In this document: piece by piece, positions 21,729 to 32,831 of the stretch | How the letters are laid out: the number at the start of each line of letters is the position of its first letter | Position numbering within the stretch: the first letter of the stretch is position 1 | Assembly: GCA_963801355.1 (NCBI GenBank) | Contig: CAWDEM010000008.1 | Location: 320,001-384,000 of the forward strand | Length of the DNA stretch: 64,000 nucleotides | Direction: 5' to 3' | Source of the DNA: Ignavibacteriota bacterium | Lineage (GTDB): Bacteria > Bacteroidota > Ignavibacteria > UBA10030 > UBA6906 | Position numbers and translations under genes: made by a program | The notes under the pieces: generated by a model | Seen by the model: the letters and a program-made list of their open reading frames with translations, nothing else | Database searches by the model: none | What the model was told of the DNA's origin: nothing

Positions 21729-23069
21729 ATGAGAAGTCCATTCTATCTTGTGACAAGGAAGATTATCGACAACTCATTGTGGCAGCCCATCTTCAGGTCC
21801 GGTGGGGTTGGAATTGTTAACAGGTTTTCGAGCATTGGCATCCGTTTGGTGACTATTCCACTGATGGTCAACTATCTTGGATCAGAGGGGTTTGGGCTGT
21901 CAATGACCATCGCATCCATTTCTGGATACATCTCTTTGTTGGATTTCGGCCTCGCCTCAGCGTTGGTTAACAGACTCACGAGTTGCTACGTTACCGGGAG
22001 CAAGGACGAGGCAAACCGCTATATCACGGCCGGTATGGTGCTTTTGGCGCTTGTTTCAATCTGTGTGGCGGTGCCCGCAGTTGCTGCGATCGGGTGTGTT
22101 GACTGGGCATCTTTGCTCAAACTGAGCACGGTCACAAATGGAGAGGCATCGTTGGCCATTTCAATTGCGACGATTGTCTTTCTTGTGCAGCTTCCTCTTT
22201 CGGTAGTTCTTAAGGTTCCGTATGCCATGCAACGGGGAAGCTTGAGCGAGGCATATCTCATGATTGGCAACGTTTTGTGCTTTCTAGGGCTCTTGTTGGG
22301 AATCGGATTGTCGTGGTCACTGTCATTCATTTTGCTGTTTTTAATCGGGGGAATGACCGTGGCTTCTCTCACCCTTCTGTTGCGTTTGGTTGCCGGAAAT
22401 GAGATTTCGCTTAAGTCCGACAGTCTCTCCGGCCTTAAGTCTCTTCTGAATGAATCCAGAATAGAAGGCTATGATTTCTTTGTCATGCAAGCCGCTGGTC
22501 TTCTGATGACTGCACTGCAATTCACAATACTGGCTTTTTATCATGGAGCCACGGCTGTTGCCACTTTTTCGCTGCTGTACCAGGCCTCAATCGCAGTACA
22601 GACTCCATTTGTTGTGGTGGTCCAGCCCATGTGGACGAAAGTTGCTGAGCTCGCAAAGCGGAAAGAGCATGAAAGTATTAGATCGCTCCTACATGGCTAT
22701 TTCTATATGGCCAGCACATATAGTATACTGGCCTTTGTGTTCTTTCTTTTCTTCATTGATCCTATCTTGGCACTCGTTCTCCGATCGCCCATGCCCCTTC
22801 CCTTAGATTTGCGTGTAGGCTTCGCTATCATGACGACCTTGGGACTTGTCTTCGGAGGTGGGCTTGGCGCAGTGATATTGGGCATGAATTTGACGCGTCA
22901 AATGGCAGTGATTGCCATCGCTCAATTTGTGGTATATCTCTTCGTGTCCTTTGCAGCCGTTCCTCATTTCGCAGCTCTCGGGACGATACTTGCAATCTGT
23001 GCTGGATATGCTGTAGGCGCTCCAGGCTCCTTGTGGCTTGTCCGCAGGAACCTCAACAGCTCGGTATGA
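21729..23069 (+). CDS. wzx: Polysaccharide flippase (Wzx/MATE-like)
   Basis: About 12 TM helices, YLGSEGFG...LLDFGL; position in glycan locus. Confidence 0.75.
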   Translation: MRSPFYLVTRKIIDNSLWQPIFRSGGVGIVNRFSSIGIRLVTIPLMVNYLGSEGFGLSMTIASISGYISLLDFGLASALVNRLTSCYVTGSKDEANRYITAGMVLLALVSICVAVPAVAAIGCVDWASLLKLSTVTNGEASLAISIATIVFLVQLPLSVVLKVPYAMQRGSLSEAYLMIGNVLCFLGLLLGIGLSWSLSFILLFLIGGMTVASLTLLLRLVAGNEISLKSDSLSGLKSLLNESRIEGYDFFVMQAAGLLMTALQFTILAFYHGATAVATFSLLYQASIAVQTPFVVVVQPMWTKVAELAKRKEHESIRSLLHGYFYMASTYSILAFVFFLFFIDPILALVLRSPMPLPLDLRVGFAIMTTLGLVFGGGLGAVILGMNLTRQMAVIAIAQFVVYLFVSFAAVPHFAALGTILAICAGYAVGAPGSLWLVRRNLNSSV

Positions 23070-23152
23070 TCGTAGCGCCGCCGAAGTCAGACTGAGGGTT
23101 ACCAGAACAGTCGTCAAACGCAAGTCCACCTACGTAACATCTGGCAGCATAA

Positions 23153-24376
23153 ATGGGCAAGAGTCTCTTCGTACAACGGACTTATGGACTAAGAAATGCC
23201 ATACGAGGCATAGTCGGGTATCGCTTTCTATCCAACGTTAACCAAGTTCAGGAGTCTTTGTACTCCAAACGAGCTCTATTGGTCTACATGACAAAACCCT
23301 TCCAGCTGGAAGAGGATGATCCTTTGTTCCTCGGCCATCAGAACCTGAAGCAAAGCAGACAAATCGCGATGGTTCTCAACGACTTGGGATACGTTGTCGA
23401 TGTGGCACATTACCGTGATCGTCGATTCAAGGCAAGAGCGATTTATGACCTTGTTATTAGCCATAAGGTAACCACGGAGGGTTTGACACCAGCCCTCGGT
23501 AAGGGTGCAAGAATAGTGTATTTGGCGACTGGTATGAATCACGCCATTCATAATCGGAATATGCGGGCTCGCTTCGACGAACTGAGGAAACGAAGACAAT
23601 GCAAGATGGCGCTACCACGACCAAACCAGGAATCCATGCCATTTGTTTCGATGGCGAATGCGATTATTGGTCTCGGGAATCAGCATACCGCAGGCTCGTG
23701 GGCTCAAGCCACCGACGCTGTCATCTATTTTCTAAACAACTATGGTTTTGCTTCAACTCGCGCAGAGATTGAATCGAAGAAATATGAATCGGCGAGAAAA
23801 GGATTCGTATTCTTTGCTAGTGGGCCGCAATTGAACAAAGGCTTGGACCTGTTGCTTGAGGTCTTTCCAAAACACCCGGCCCTGCAATTGTATGTATGCA
23901 GCGGATTCCGCATCGAGAGAGACTTTTGTTCGTGTTATCGAAAAGAACTGTTCGAAACTCCAAATATACATCCGATCGGCTGGGTGCAAGTCAATAGTGA
24001 TGAATTCTACAGTGTCATGACAAAATCAGCCTTCATAATACACCCCACGTGTTCAGAAGGCCAACCTGGTTCGGTCGTGCAATGCATGTCGGCTGGTCTG
24101 ATACCATTGGTCACCAAAGAATGCGGCATTGACACAGAGGACTTTGGCGTAACAATCGGAGGTAGCGGTCTCGATGAGATAGAGGCCATCATCCAAGAGA
24201 TGTCTGAAAAGAGTGCTGAAATGCTGAAGTCGATCAGCAAGAGGGTCGTTGCTGTTTGTGCAATGAGATTTGACGAGCAACATTTTGTCGAGCGATGGCG
24301 GGAGATTGTTCATGCGATCGAAATGCAAGAGATTCCCGAGGCCGTCCATCCTTCAATCCGAGTAAACAACCCATAA
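23153..24376 (+). CDS. GT4-like glycosyltransferase
   Basis: KGLDLLLE and PTCSEG...MSAGL motifs. Confidence 0.75.
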   Translation: MGKSLFVQRTYGLRNAIRGIVGYRFLSNVNQVQESLYSKRALLVYMTKPFQLEEDDPLFLGHQNLKQSRQIAMVLNDLGYVVDVAHYRDRRFKARAIYDLVISHKVTTEGLTPALGKGARIVYLATGMNHAIHNRNMRARFDELRKRRQCKMALPRPNQESMPFVSMANAIIGLGNQHTAGSWAQATDAVIYFLNNYGFASTRAEIESKKYESARKGFVFFASGPQLNKGLDLLLEVFPKHPALQLYVCSGFRIERDFCSCYRKELFETPNIHPIGWVQVNSDEFYSVMTKSAFIIHPTCSEGQPGSVVQCMSAGLIPLVTKECGIDTEDFGVTIGGSGLDEIEAIIQEMSEKSAEMLKSISKRVVAVCAMRFDEQHFVERWREIVHAIEMQEIPEAVHPSIRVNNP

Positions 24377-24646
24377 TTGAAGCCATTGCTATATACCAAA
24401 TTGGTCCTGACGAATGTGGACGCTGAATTCATGGACAGAGCGTGATGACTTAGAAATGAACCATCCTGTGATAGCTCCCACCCGTAAGTGTTGTCACGGG
24501 ACGTAATGGAGCGATGATCTTCGTGGGAGACAGCAGGAGAGGATAACGAGTGCATCCGTGGAGGATGGGCAAAAGGAGATTAACTGGATGTGCGGTTATC
24601 TGCATAGCGTTGTGCCAGGTCGAGAATCTGTCGCGTGGACTTTGAC

Positions 24647-25864
24647 ATGACACAAAAGGACTGGTATCACACGAACGCATATGACAACGGCGAGAACTCG
24701 ATTCGGCGTCGTACATCCCATGTTGTCAGGACGGTATTCTTTTACATTGGGTGTCTAGCAAAGCTCGCTTCAAAGATCGGGGGAAAGCGAAGACAAACGA
24801 TGCTCCTGGTGCGTCTGGACTCACTGGGTGACCTTGCTCTTTTTGCGCCGGCGCTAAGAAGGATACGAAGCCAGTTTCCAGAGAAGAAACTCATACTTGT
24901 TGCACAGAAGCACATCGCCGGGTTAGCAGGAACCTGCCCCTACGTGGACGGAGTGATCCCGGTTGATGTTCACCGATACCGAGTGAATCCAGTATACGCA
25001 CTGTGCGTTCTGCACGAAGTGAGGTCATTGCGCTGCGAGACAAGTGTCAACTCGATGTACTCTCGCACGTTGGTGGGAGATGAGATCGTGATGTGGAGTT
25101 CTGCCCCTGATTCTGTCGGCTGGCTTGGTGAATGGGGGGATGTACATACTGATTTGAAGGGCCTTCATGATCGGCAATACACCAGGTTGATCCTCGATCA
25201 ATTTCCGCCCGATGTGCATGAGTATCATAGACATGGTGTCTTACTGCGCGCGCTTGGGTGTAGCGAAGATCAGGATCTTCGTCCTGAGCTATGGCAACTA
25301 CCAAACGCAGGAATCAAAGGTCTTTCGATAAGTCGAATGTTCGATTCAAACGATTTCGCGATCTTGGTGCCTGGTGCTGATTCCAAGATCCGGCGGTGGC
25401 CTTTTTCGTCCTATCTTGAGCTGGCGAAGAAGATTGGAGATAAATCCCCGGATTTGCAGATCATTCTACTGGGGACTGCCAGTGAGAGGGATCTCGATAG
25501 CAGTGACAACCCCTCGACATTTCCAACTAACATTCTGGATCTTAGGGGAAAGACAACGCTGCTGGATATCGCCTCCATAATTGAAAATGCTCGATTTGTT
25601 GCTGGAAATGAGACGGGTCCGATACATCTCGCTATCGCAATTGGCGTCCCAACCGTAGCGATTCTCGGCGGGGGCAAGTACGGGCGATTTCTACCGTACG
25701 GCGAGCCGACAAAACATAAGACCGTTACTAACTACCTTGGGTGTTATCACTGTGATTGGCGCTGTTCTCTTCGGGTCACTGAATGTATCATCGGTATTCC
25801 AGTCTCGAAGGTCTGGGAAGAGGTGCTACAAATCCTGGAACCTGCCGGGAAACCATGTGGGTGA
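24647..25864 (+). CDS. GT9 (heptosyltransferase-like) glycosyltransferase
   Basis: RLDSLGDL, PGA...RRWP, DLRGKTTL and NETGPIHLA motifs. Confidence 0.85.
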   Translation: MTQKDWYHTNAYDNGENSIRRRTSHVVRTVFFYIGCLAKLASKIGGKRRQTMLLVRLDSLGDLALFAPALRRIRSQFPEKKLILVAQKHIAGLAGTCPYVDGVIPVDVHRYRVNPVYALCVLHEVRSLRCETSVNSMYSRTLVGDEIVMWSSAPDSVGWLGEWGDVHTDLKGLHDRQYTRLILDQFPPDVHEYHRHGVLLRALGCSEDQDLRPELWQLPNAGIKGLSISRMFDSNDFAILVPGADSKIRRWPFSSYLELAKKIGDKSPDLQIILLGTASERDLDSSDNPSTFPTNILDLRGKTTLLDIASIIENARFVAGNETGPIHLAIAIGVPTVAILGGGKYGRFLPYGEPTKHKTVTNYLGCYHCDWRCSLRVTECIIGIPVSKVWEEVLQILEPAGKPCG

Positions 25865-25956
25865 GGAATGCCATCTGAGATCGAAATGTCACTGAGGATA
25901 TGAAAGTGGACCAAGAGATAAATGCCGAACCGATAGATGATAAAGATGAATAACCA

Positions 25957-27204
25957 ATGAGATTCTTTTTCTTCATATACGTTATTGTTTATTCTTTCCT
26001 TCCAGTGGACTTGGACAGCATCCAAATCCTAACCCTGCAACCTGTGCGAATTTACTTAGGTGATCTTCTGCACGCGATGGCGATAATGATGGTGATCAAG
26101 GCTATACATTCTTGGAAGTCTCATTTGGCGTCATCATTTGAATGGCCGTACCTTCTTTTCCTTGGCTGGCTGCTAGTGGCTATACTATCGGGCATAGATC
26201 TCTACGGATATCGGGCCTTCGGGGAAACTCGGTCTGTGGTTCGCTTCTTCACATTTTTCTTCCCATATGCTCTGTTCGATGAATTTGAAGCGCAAGATCT
26301 GACGAAAGTAGTCGAAGCAGTTGACAAGATGATTCTTGTTTCTGCATGGACGGTGCTGATAATGCTATGTCTTGCTCCATTTCTTGGATTTGCTCAAGAA
26401 GATTTCCGTGGAGTGAGGTATCTAAATTCAAATCAGACGTTTTTTCTTGCCCTTGCCTTCTCATGGTTACTGCTCCGGAATCTCGACAAATTGGATACAA
26501 GTGTGAAATTAAAGGCAGCGGCCCTTTTCTTTCTGGCGGCTGGAATACTCTCCAAAAACCGCGCAGCCATTGCTTCGTTGGCTTCAGTCCTGCTATTGTA
26601 TCTCTTCTTCTCGGGTAGATTTCGCGTGATAATTGTATCGGCGTTGGTGCTTATTGGAGCCGGGATGGTTTTTGCATGGCTTGCACCCGGCACCGATGAA
26701 GAAGTCGCAGTGGCTTTGAGGGGAATACTCAGGCCGATCGATGATGACAACTTTCGTTGGCGCGTCATAGTCCAGTCCGCTGCAATTGAAGAAGGCATGG
26801 ACACGTTTTGGTGTGGCCAGAGTTACGGGAGTTACTTCAATTACATGGTATCCGATGGACAAAACGAGTACATTGAAGAGCTTCCGCCTCATAACCAATT
26901 TCTCTCTCTTTTTCTAAAGACTGGTGTAGTCGGGGTTCTGTTGGTCGTTGTTACCATGGTTTGGATTCTTTGGCAATCGCACAGAATGCTCAAGCTTGTC
27001 AAGGGGCCAACGTGGGTATCGGCGGCTATAACACTCACAATGCTTGCCACTGCTTCTCAGTTCTTCTATGGGTTGGCGTACGATTTCCAGGTCCTCTTCG
27101 GCATCTATCTTGGCTTTGGCACAATGATTATCCGCGTATTGCATCGACAAGCTCTGGAAACCTCGATGAAGCCGGCTCAATCACAAAGGGACCATCCTAA
27201 ATGA
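25957..27204 (+). CDS. O-antigen ligase/polymerase family membrane protein
   Basis: Multi-TM protein with SKNRA, periplasmic loop WR...G and PHNQFL motif. Confidence 0.75.
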   Translation: MRFFFFIYVIVYSFLPVDLDSIQILTLQPVRIYLGDLLHAMAIMMVIKAIHSWKSHLASSFEWPYLLFLGWLLVAILSGIDLYGYRAFGETRSVVRFFTFFFPYALFDEFEAQDLTKVVEAVDKMILVSAWTVLIMLCLAPFLGFAQEDFRGVRYLNSNQTFFLALAFSWLLLRNLDKLDTSVKLKAAALFFLAAGILSKNRAAIASLASVLLLYLFFSGRFRVIIVSALVLIGAGMVFAWLAPGTDEEVAVALRGILRPIDDDNFRWRVIVQSAAIEEGMDTFWCGQSYGSYFNYMVSDGQNEYIEELPPHNQFLSLFLKTGVVGVLLVVVTMVWILWQSHRMLKLVKGPTWVSAAITLTMLATASQFFYGLAYDFQVLFGIYLGFGTMIIRVLHRQALETSMKPAQSQRDHPK

Positions 27205-27283
27205 AGTGAATGCAGCCCGAAATCATACAGATTTCCGACATTCATAGTCAACGGTTTCTTGGTCTGTTTACTTGCGAGAAACG

Positions 27284-28078
27284 ATGGAAACAATCGCAAA
27301 GCCTCGAATTTCGATAGTCACACCTTCGCTTGATCAAGGATCCTTCCTTGAGAAACGATTGGCAGCGTCCTCGATCAAGGATATGAAAATCTGGAGTATA
27401 TCGTGATCGACGGAGCTTCGACGGACAATTCGGTGGAGATGATCCGGAGATACGCGCATCATATTGCTTACTGGATGAGCGAATCGGACAAAGGCCAAAG
27501 CCCATGCGATCAACAAAGGTCTCCGCCGCATCACAGGAGACATTTGGGCCTTCCTCGCATCAGATGACACTTACGAACCGCAGACTCTCGCTGCAATTGC
27601 AAGGGTATTTGCAGACCCACTTGTCGATGTCGTATACGGGAACTGCCACTTCATCAACGCAAACGGAACCGTGACACGAACTAAGAAGCCCGGCAGCTTC
27701 GATCGGGAGCGACTGCTGAAAGGCAACTGCATCTACCAGCCATCGGTATTCTTGCGACGCAGGGTGCTTGAGGAATTCGGATATCTCGATGATTCGCTCA
27801 ACTACTCGATGGACTATGAGATACTGGGTACGAATCTCGGCTGGCGTCAAGGTTCACTACATAGATCAGGTACTTTCGAATTATAGACTTCATAGTCAGT
27901 CGAAATCAATGCATTCCACCATTCGCAGAGCGAAGAATCGCGACAAATCCAACACAAGTATGGGGTGGGATTGCCCGCGGACATCAAGCACTATTGGTTT
28001 TATATTGTTGGAAGCAGGCTCTATTTGCTGCGGCGACGCATCTTTGAGTACATTGCTTCGCGGACGGAAGGAAAGTGA
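27284..28078 (+). CDS. GT2 glycosyltransferase (multiple frameshifts)
   Basis: Pieces across frames: PRISIVTPSLDQG, EYIVIDGASTD, AINKGL...SDD, IYQPSVFLRR, MDYE. Confidence 0.7.
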
Positions 28079-28079
28079 A

Positions 28080-28835
28080 ATGCAGAAAAGTGTTTCTGGC
28101 CAGCCGTGAGTGGCAAGGTGGGCTTGGCGAAGAACTTGCCAGTGAATGGACGACCATGGCTCTTACGTCGATGCTTCTGAGTGCAGGTGCAGGGGTGTTG
28201 CGTGGATTCCTGGTATTATGGCGATTCAAGCACAAACGTGGGCTGGTGCTACTGAGGCACGGCGTAATAGGTGAAGTATCCCAGCCACCTTTCAGTTGGA
28301 AGGAATTTCATTGCCGAACAAGGCCGCGAGATCAACGCGCTGTCAAAGAGGGGAGTCTCTTTCGGCGACAGAACAACTGTCGGCGCATACGCGCTGATCC
28401 GACCCTCGAACCCATACGGCGGGACCGTAGGGGAGGGTCTGAAGGTTGGAAATAACTCAAAATCGGTCCTTTTTCTTACGTGGGGTGTTCAGGGTACATT
28501 GAAATTGGAGACAACGTTCGACGGGCCCGCGTGTTGGTCTATATGCCGAAAATCATGTGTTTGAAAGACTCGATATTCCGATGAAGAACCAAGGCGTGAC
28601 TGTCAAGTCCATCATCATAGGGGATGACTGTTGGATCGGAGCGAACAGCATCGTCCTCGCGGGAGTTGAGATAGGTCGGGGTTCAGTTGTCGCTGCGGGG
28701 AGCAGTGGGACTTAAGATGAACCACCATTCCGTCGCGGTGGGTCGCCGGGGCGTACCATGAAATTTCGAAAAGACGAGGATATCATCGAATTAAAGTCGG
28801 GCGACATTGATCACGACCCAATGCCGATTACGTAA
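28080..28835 (+). CDS. Hexapeptide-repeat O-acyltransferase (multiple frameshifts)
   Basis: GEGLKVGNNS and IIIGDDCWIGANSIVLAGVEIGRGSVVAAG left-handed beta-helix repeats. Confidence 0.7.
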
Positions 28836-29997
28836 TGAGAGTACTTTGTCTCCATAGTGCGTCAGATCTTTATGGGTCGGGAAGGAGTTCTGCTCGAGTT
28901 GGCTATAGCATTGAAGAGTGCGGGCCACGAATGCATTGTGGTCCTGCCAGCCCAGGGACCTCTGGAGAAGGAACTCCATTCGCGAGGATTTCAAACGGTT
29001 CTGATGAACCTTGGAATCCTACGAAGGCAACATTTGTCCATGGGTGGGGTCTTTAGTCGAGTTGGGTTGATTCTTGGTTCGTCCGTCCGGTTGCTGTGGC
29101 TTGTTCGGAAGCTGCAAGTAGATCTGATTTTTTCCAACACTTTAGCTGTCCTTGAGGGGGCAGTTGTCGCTTTTGTGTCGAGACGTCCGCATCTCTGGCA
29201 CGTTCTTGAAATCATTGACGAACCGAAACTTCTGAGTAAGGGACTCGCGTGGATGCTTTCACATTTTGCGGATGTGGTTATTATGGCTTCTCGGGCAGTT
29301 GAACGGCACTGGTCTTCCGGCAACAAAATGATCAGATTGAAATCACATACGGTTCACTACGGAATTAAAGTTGAGGAGTCAGATGAGCCTGGACAAGAAC
29401 ACTGCTCGGAATCGTTTTGGTTTCGAGAGTGCGGTTGTCGTTGTAGGGATGGTCGGAAGAATACACTTCTGGAAAGGCCAGGGATATTTCTTGTCGATCG
29501 CACGAAATATTCACGACATCTATCCGGAAACCAGATTCTGCGTGGTCGGAGACGTTTTCCCTGGCTACGAATATCTTTACCGGGATCTCTTAGATCAGGT
29601 TGAGACTTTGGGCCTTGCCCATGTTGTCCAATTCCTGGGATACAGGAGCGACGTCACGAGTTTTATGAAGGCTATTGATATTCTTGTCGTCCCTTCCATC
29701 AGACCAGACCCACTGCCCACTGTTGTGCTTGAAGGTATGGGCGCAGGGCTTCCAATAGTTGGCACAAATCACGGTGGAATTCCGGAAATGATAGTCGACG
29801 GAGTTACAGGCGTCCTCATCCCTTGGGATGATCCAGTGGCTGCAAGTGAACGAATCAGCGCGCTCATCAGGGATTCAAGCCTCAGAGAGGAGTATGGTGC
29901 CGCCGGTCGAGAACGTGTCATGAAGGAATTCTCACGTGAGAAGTTTGCGAAGGAATTACTTGCCCACATCCGTGGAATAGGTGAACAGAGATCATGA
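28835..29997 (+). CDS. GT4 glycosyltransferase (frameshifts ~28875 and ~29380)
   Basis: HSASDLYG, GRIHFWKGQ and PDPLPTVVLEGM...GGIPE motifs. Confidence 0.8.
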
Positions 29998-31113
29998 GAA
30001 TTGCGATCCTCGGCAGCCGAGGATATCCGTATGTATATAGTGGCTACGAAACGTTCGTATCCGAGCTGGCACCGAGACTTGGTCAGGCTTGGGAACGACG
30101 TTACAGTCTACTGTCACTCCAAGTTGTTCCGCGATAAGCCGAGAGAAGTGTCCGGTGTCCGTTTGGTCTACCTTCCAGCGATCGAACAGAAATCGCTTTC
30201 CCAATTCAGTCATAGCCTGCTTTCGGCTTTTCATGCTGCGCTCCACCGATTCGATATTGTTTTTTTTGTAAATTCTGCCAACGGCCCCTTTGGCATTATC
30301 ATGCGCATATTCGGCGTGCGCACGGTGATCAATGTAGATGGGCTCGAGTGGATGAGGCCAAAGTGGAAAGGGCTTGGTGCCAAGTATTTTTACTACGCTT
30401 CCTTGGCAGCGACTCGATTCTTCGACTGTTTGGTAACCGATTCGATTCGAATGGCGGAGATTTACAGAGACACCTTTGGAGCGTCGTCCGAAACCATCGC
30501 ATACGGGGCTGAGATACCAGCAGAGCCTCGATAGACGACTCCTCGCCAGATATGGACTGGACAATGGAGGCTACTATCTCGTTGTGGCACGGCTCGTACC
30601 GGACAATAACGCTGATTTGATCGTGAAAGGTTTCTTGGCTTCTTCGAGTCGGCGAAAGCTAGTTGTTGTTGGTGATGTGCCGTACAAGGACAAGTACGCC
30701 GATGAGGTGAAGGCCACTAAAGATCCACGTGTCTCTTTTCACTGGTTATGTTTACGACAAAGATCTACTTCGGGAGCTTTACTGCAATTGTTACGTGTAT
30801 ATCCATGGTCATGAGCACGGAGGAACTAACCCTACCCTCCTGAAAGCATTGGGAGACGGTTGCTGTATCCTCGCGCTTGACACGGTTTTTAGCCGAGAGG
30901 TGTTGTGCGACGAAAAGTACGGAAGACTCTTTTCGAAGAGTGTTGATGCCGTTGCCTCAATGATCGACGAGTTGGACAGCGATGCTCTCACGGTTGAGCG
31001 CTATAGATCCGGAGCTCAAGAACGGATCCGAACCAACTACACCTGGGAGAAAATAACAGCCCAGTACGTGAGTTTGTTTACATCGATTGAAGCCTGGTAT
31101 CAAGTAGACATAG
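29994..31113 (+). CDS. DUF1972-type GT4 glycosyltransferase (frameshifted; end approximate)
   Basis: MRIAILGSRGYPYVYSGYETF, NVDGLEWMRPKW, VARLVPDNN and HGHEHGGTNPTLL motifs. Confidence 0.75.
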
Positions 31114-31141
31114 TGGCGGCAGTCGCGGGTGGGGCTCAGTC

Positions 31142-31170
31142 TTGCATTTCTTCCCCCTTCTCCTTACCAT
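31142..31170 (+). promoter_or_regulatory. Sigma70-type promoter for priming transferase
   Basis: TTGCAT-N17-TACCAT. Confidence 0.45.
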
Positions 31171-31226
31171 GTACAAACTCCCGGGACGGTAGGGGAGACG
31201 CATCAGAATTTCCCGGATACTCCTTG

Positions 31227-32661
31227 ATGGATGGATTGAAAGCGTTGCTCCGCAGAAACTGGCGGATGATTATGGGTTTTTTCGCCATCGGAGTCGACGC
31301 CGGTATCATCGCACTATGCTTCAGAATTTCCCTCCTCTTTAACAATTCCACCGGCCAATTCGCAGATGTGATGACGCTCCACGGCAGAGTGATTGCCGTC
31401 AGCGCCGTGGTGTTCCTCGGGTTCTTTGTGGCCCTCGGTGTCTACCGCACAGCCGCTTATTCATCCTTCCGCCGCCAGGCATACGTGGCAGGCAAAGGAT
31501 ATGTCTATGGAGTCGCAATTGTGCTATGCACGGTTGTGATCTTCGAAGGATACCACGCATCACGGGATCTTTTGATGACGTTCTTTGTCTTGTTTCCGTT
31601 TGTGTACGTTTTGATGTGGTTTACGGTCAGGATCATCATGCGGGGATTGCGCACACGCGGTTACGGGCAATGGGACACCCTGGCAATCGGCCCCTGTACC
31701 GCACGTGGATACGCTTGTCCGCCGCCTCCGCCGTATGCCCGATCTGGGGTACAACGTGACGGCTAAGGTCGTCACACCCGGTCCCACTAACGGCGACCAC
31801 ATGCTCCATGTCGAACGGCAAGCCGTGGAACAGGTGCTTGACCGTCACCAGATCGAAATGATTGCGTTCTCATCCGCAGACCTGAATGGCTCCTTCGAGA
31901 TGCTGGAGTCCATCTGCGCAGAACGCCGCATCGGCATGCGCGTCATCAGTCCTGAAGCCGACACACTTTTTTCAAAGACCGGGTTGCATGACATTGCCGG
32001 CATTTCCCTGTATGCCCCCGTTCGCACCAGATGGGCGGCCATCAAGAGAATCGGCAAAAGAATTTTCGATGTCATCGGTTCATCACTTTGCCTCCTTCTG
32101 CTGTCGCCGGTTTTTCTGCTCGTGGCCGTCGCGCTCCGACTGGAATCCCCCGGTCCGGTTTTCTTCAGACAGAAAAGGTCGCTTACTGACAGCGATGAGC
32201 CGTTCGACCTGCTGAAATTCAGGAGCATGTACCAGGATGCAGACGAGCAGAAGGAATCCCTGTTCGACAACAATGACGCGGACGGCGCATTGTTCAAGAT
32301 GAAGGACGACCCCCGCGTCACCCGGGTGGGGCGCTTCATCCGCCGCTTCAGCATAGACGAATTGCCGCAACTCATCAATGTACTCCAAGGCCACATGAGC
32401 CTCGTCGGTCCGCGTCCACTGCCGATCTCTGATTTTCAGCGGGTGAAGGCTGAGGACGAAATCGGCGGGTACTTCCGTCAGCGCGCCCAGGTGAAACCGG
32501 GCATGACAGGACTCTGGCAGGTCTCAGGCCGGAGCGACCTCGGGTTCCGCGAAATGATCCTCCTCGATCTGTACTACATTGAACACCAATCCATCCTTTT
32601 CGACTTTGAAATCCTCGCACAAACTCTCCCCGTCGTTGTCCTCGGGAAAGGCGCGTACTAG
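31227..32661 (+). CDS. Polyprenyl-phosphate priming sugar transferase (WcaJ/WbaP family; frameshift ~31695)
   Basis: Four N-terminal TMs, KRIFD, KFRSM, DDPRVTRVGRFIRRFSIDELPQL, SLVGPRP and KPGMTGLWQV motifs. Confidence 0.88.
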
Positions 32662-32723
32662 CGGCTGACATCAGAAACCGGATTCTGTCCGCGATCCTTC
32701 GCGGTGAAGCCGGGTATGATGAA

Positions 32724-32773
32724 GGCCGGTATGCCGGCCATCTTTTGTATCTTTCCCTTGCATTCAGTATACT
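32724..32773 (+). promoter_or_regulatory. Terminator hairpin followed by ugd promoter
   Basis: GGCCGG-TATG-CCGGCC-ATCTTTT, then TTGTAT-N17-TATACT. Confidence 0.5.
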
Positions 32774-32831
32774 AAACGTTCAATGAGGCTTCTTTCAATA
32801 CAGTCAAGTTCCCGTATTCGAGGATATTCTC

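Noticed and set aside
30729-31766. Apparent fusion of a GT4 C-terminus to the priming transferase N-terminus
   Set aside because: The linker contains a promoter-like TTGCAT-N17-TACCAT and non-protein-like sequence; probably an indel removed the GT stop
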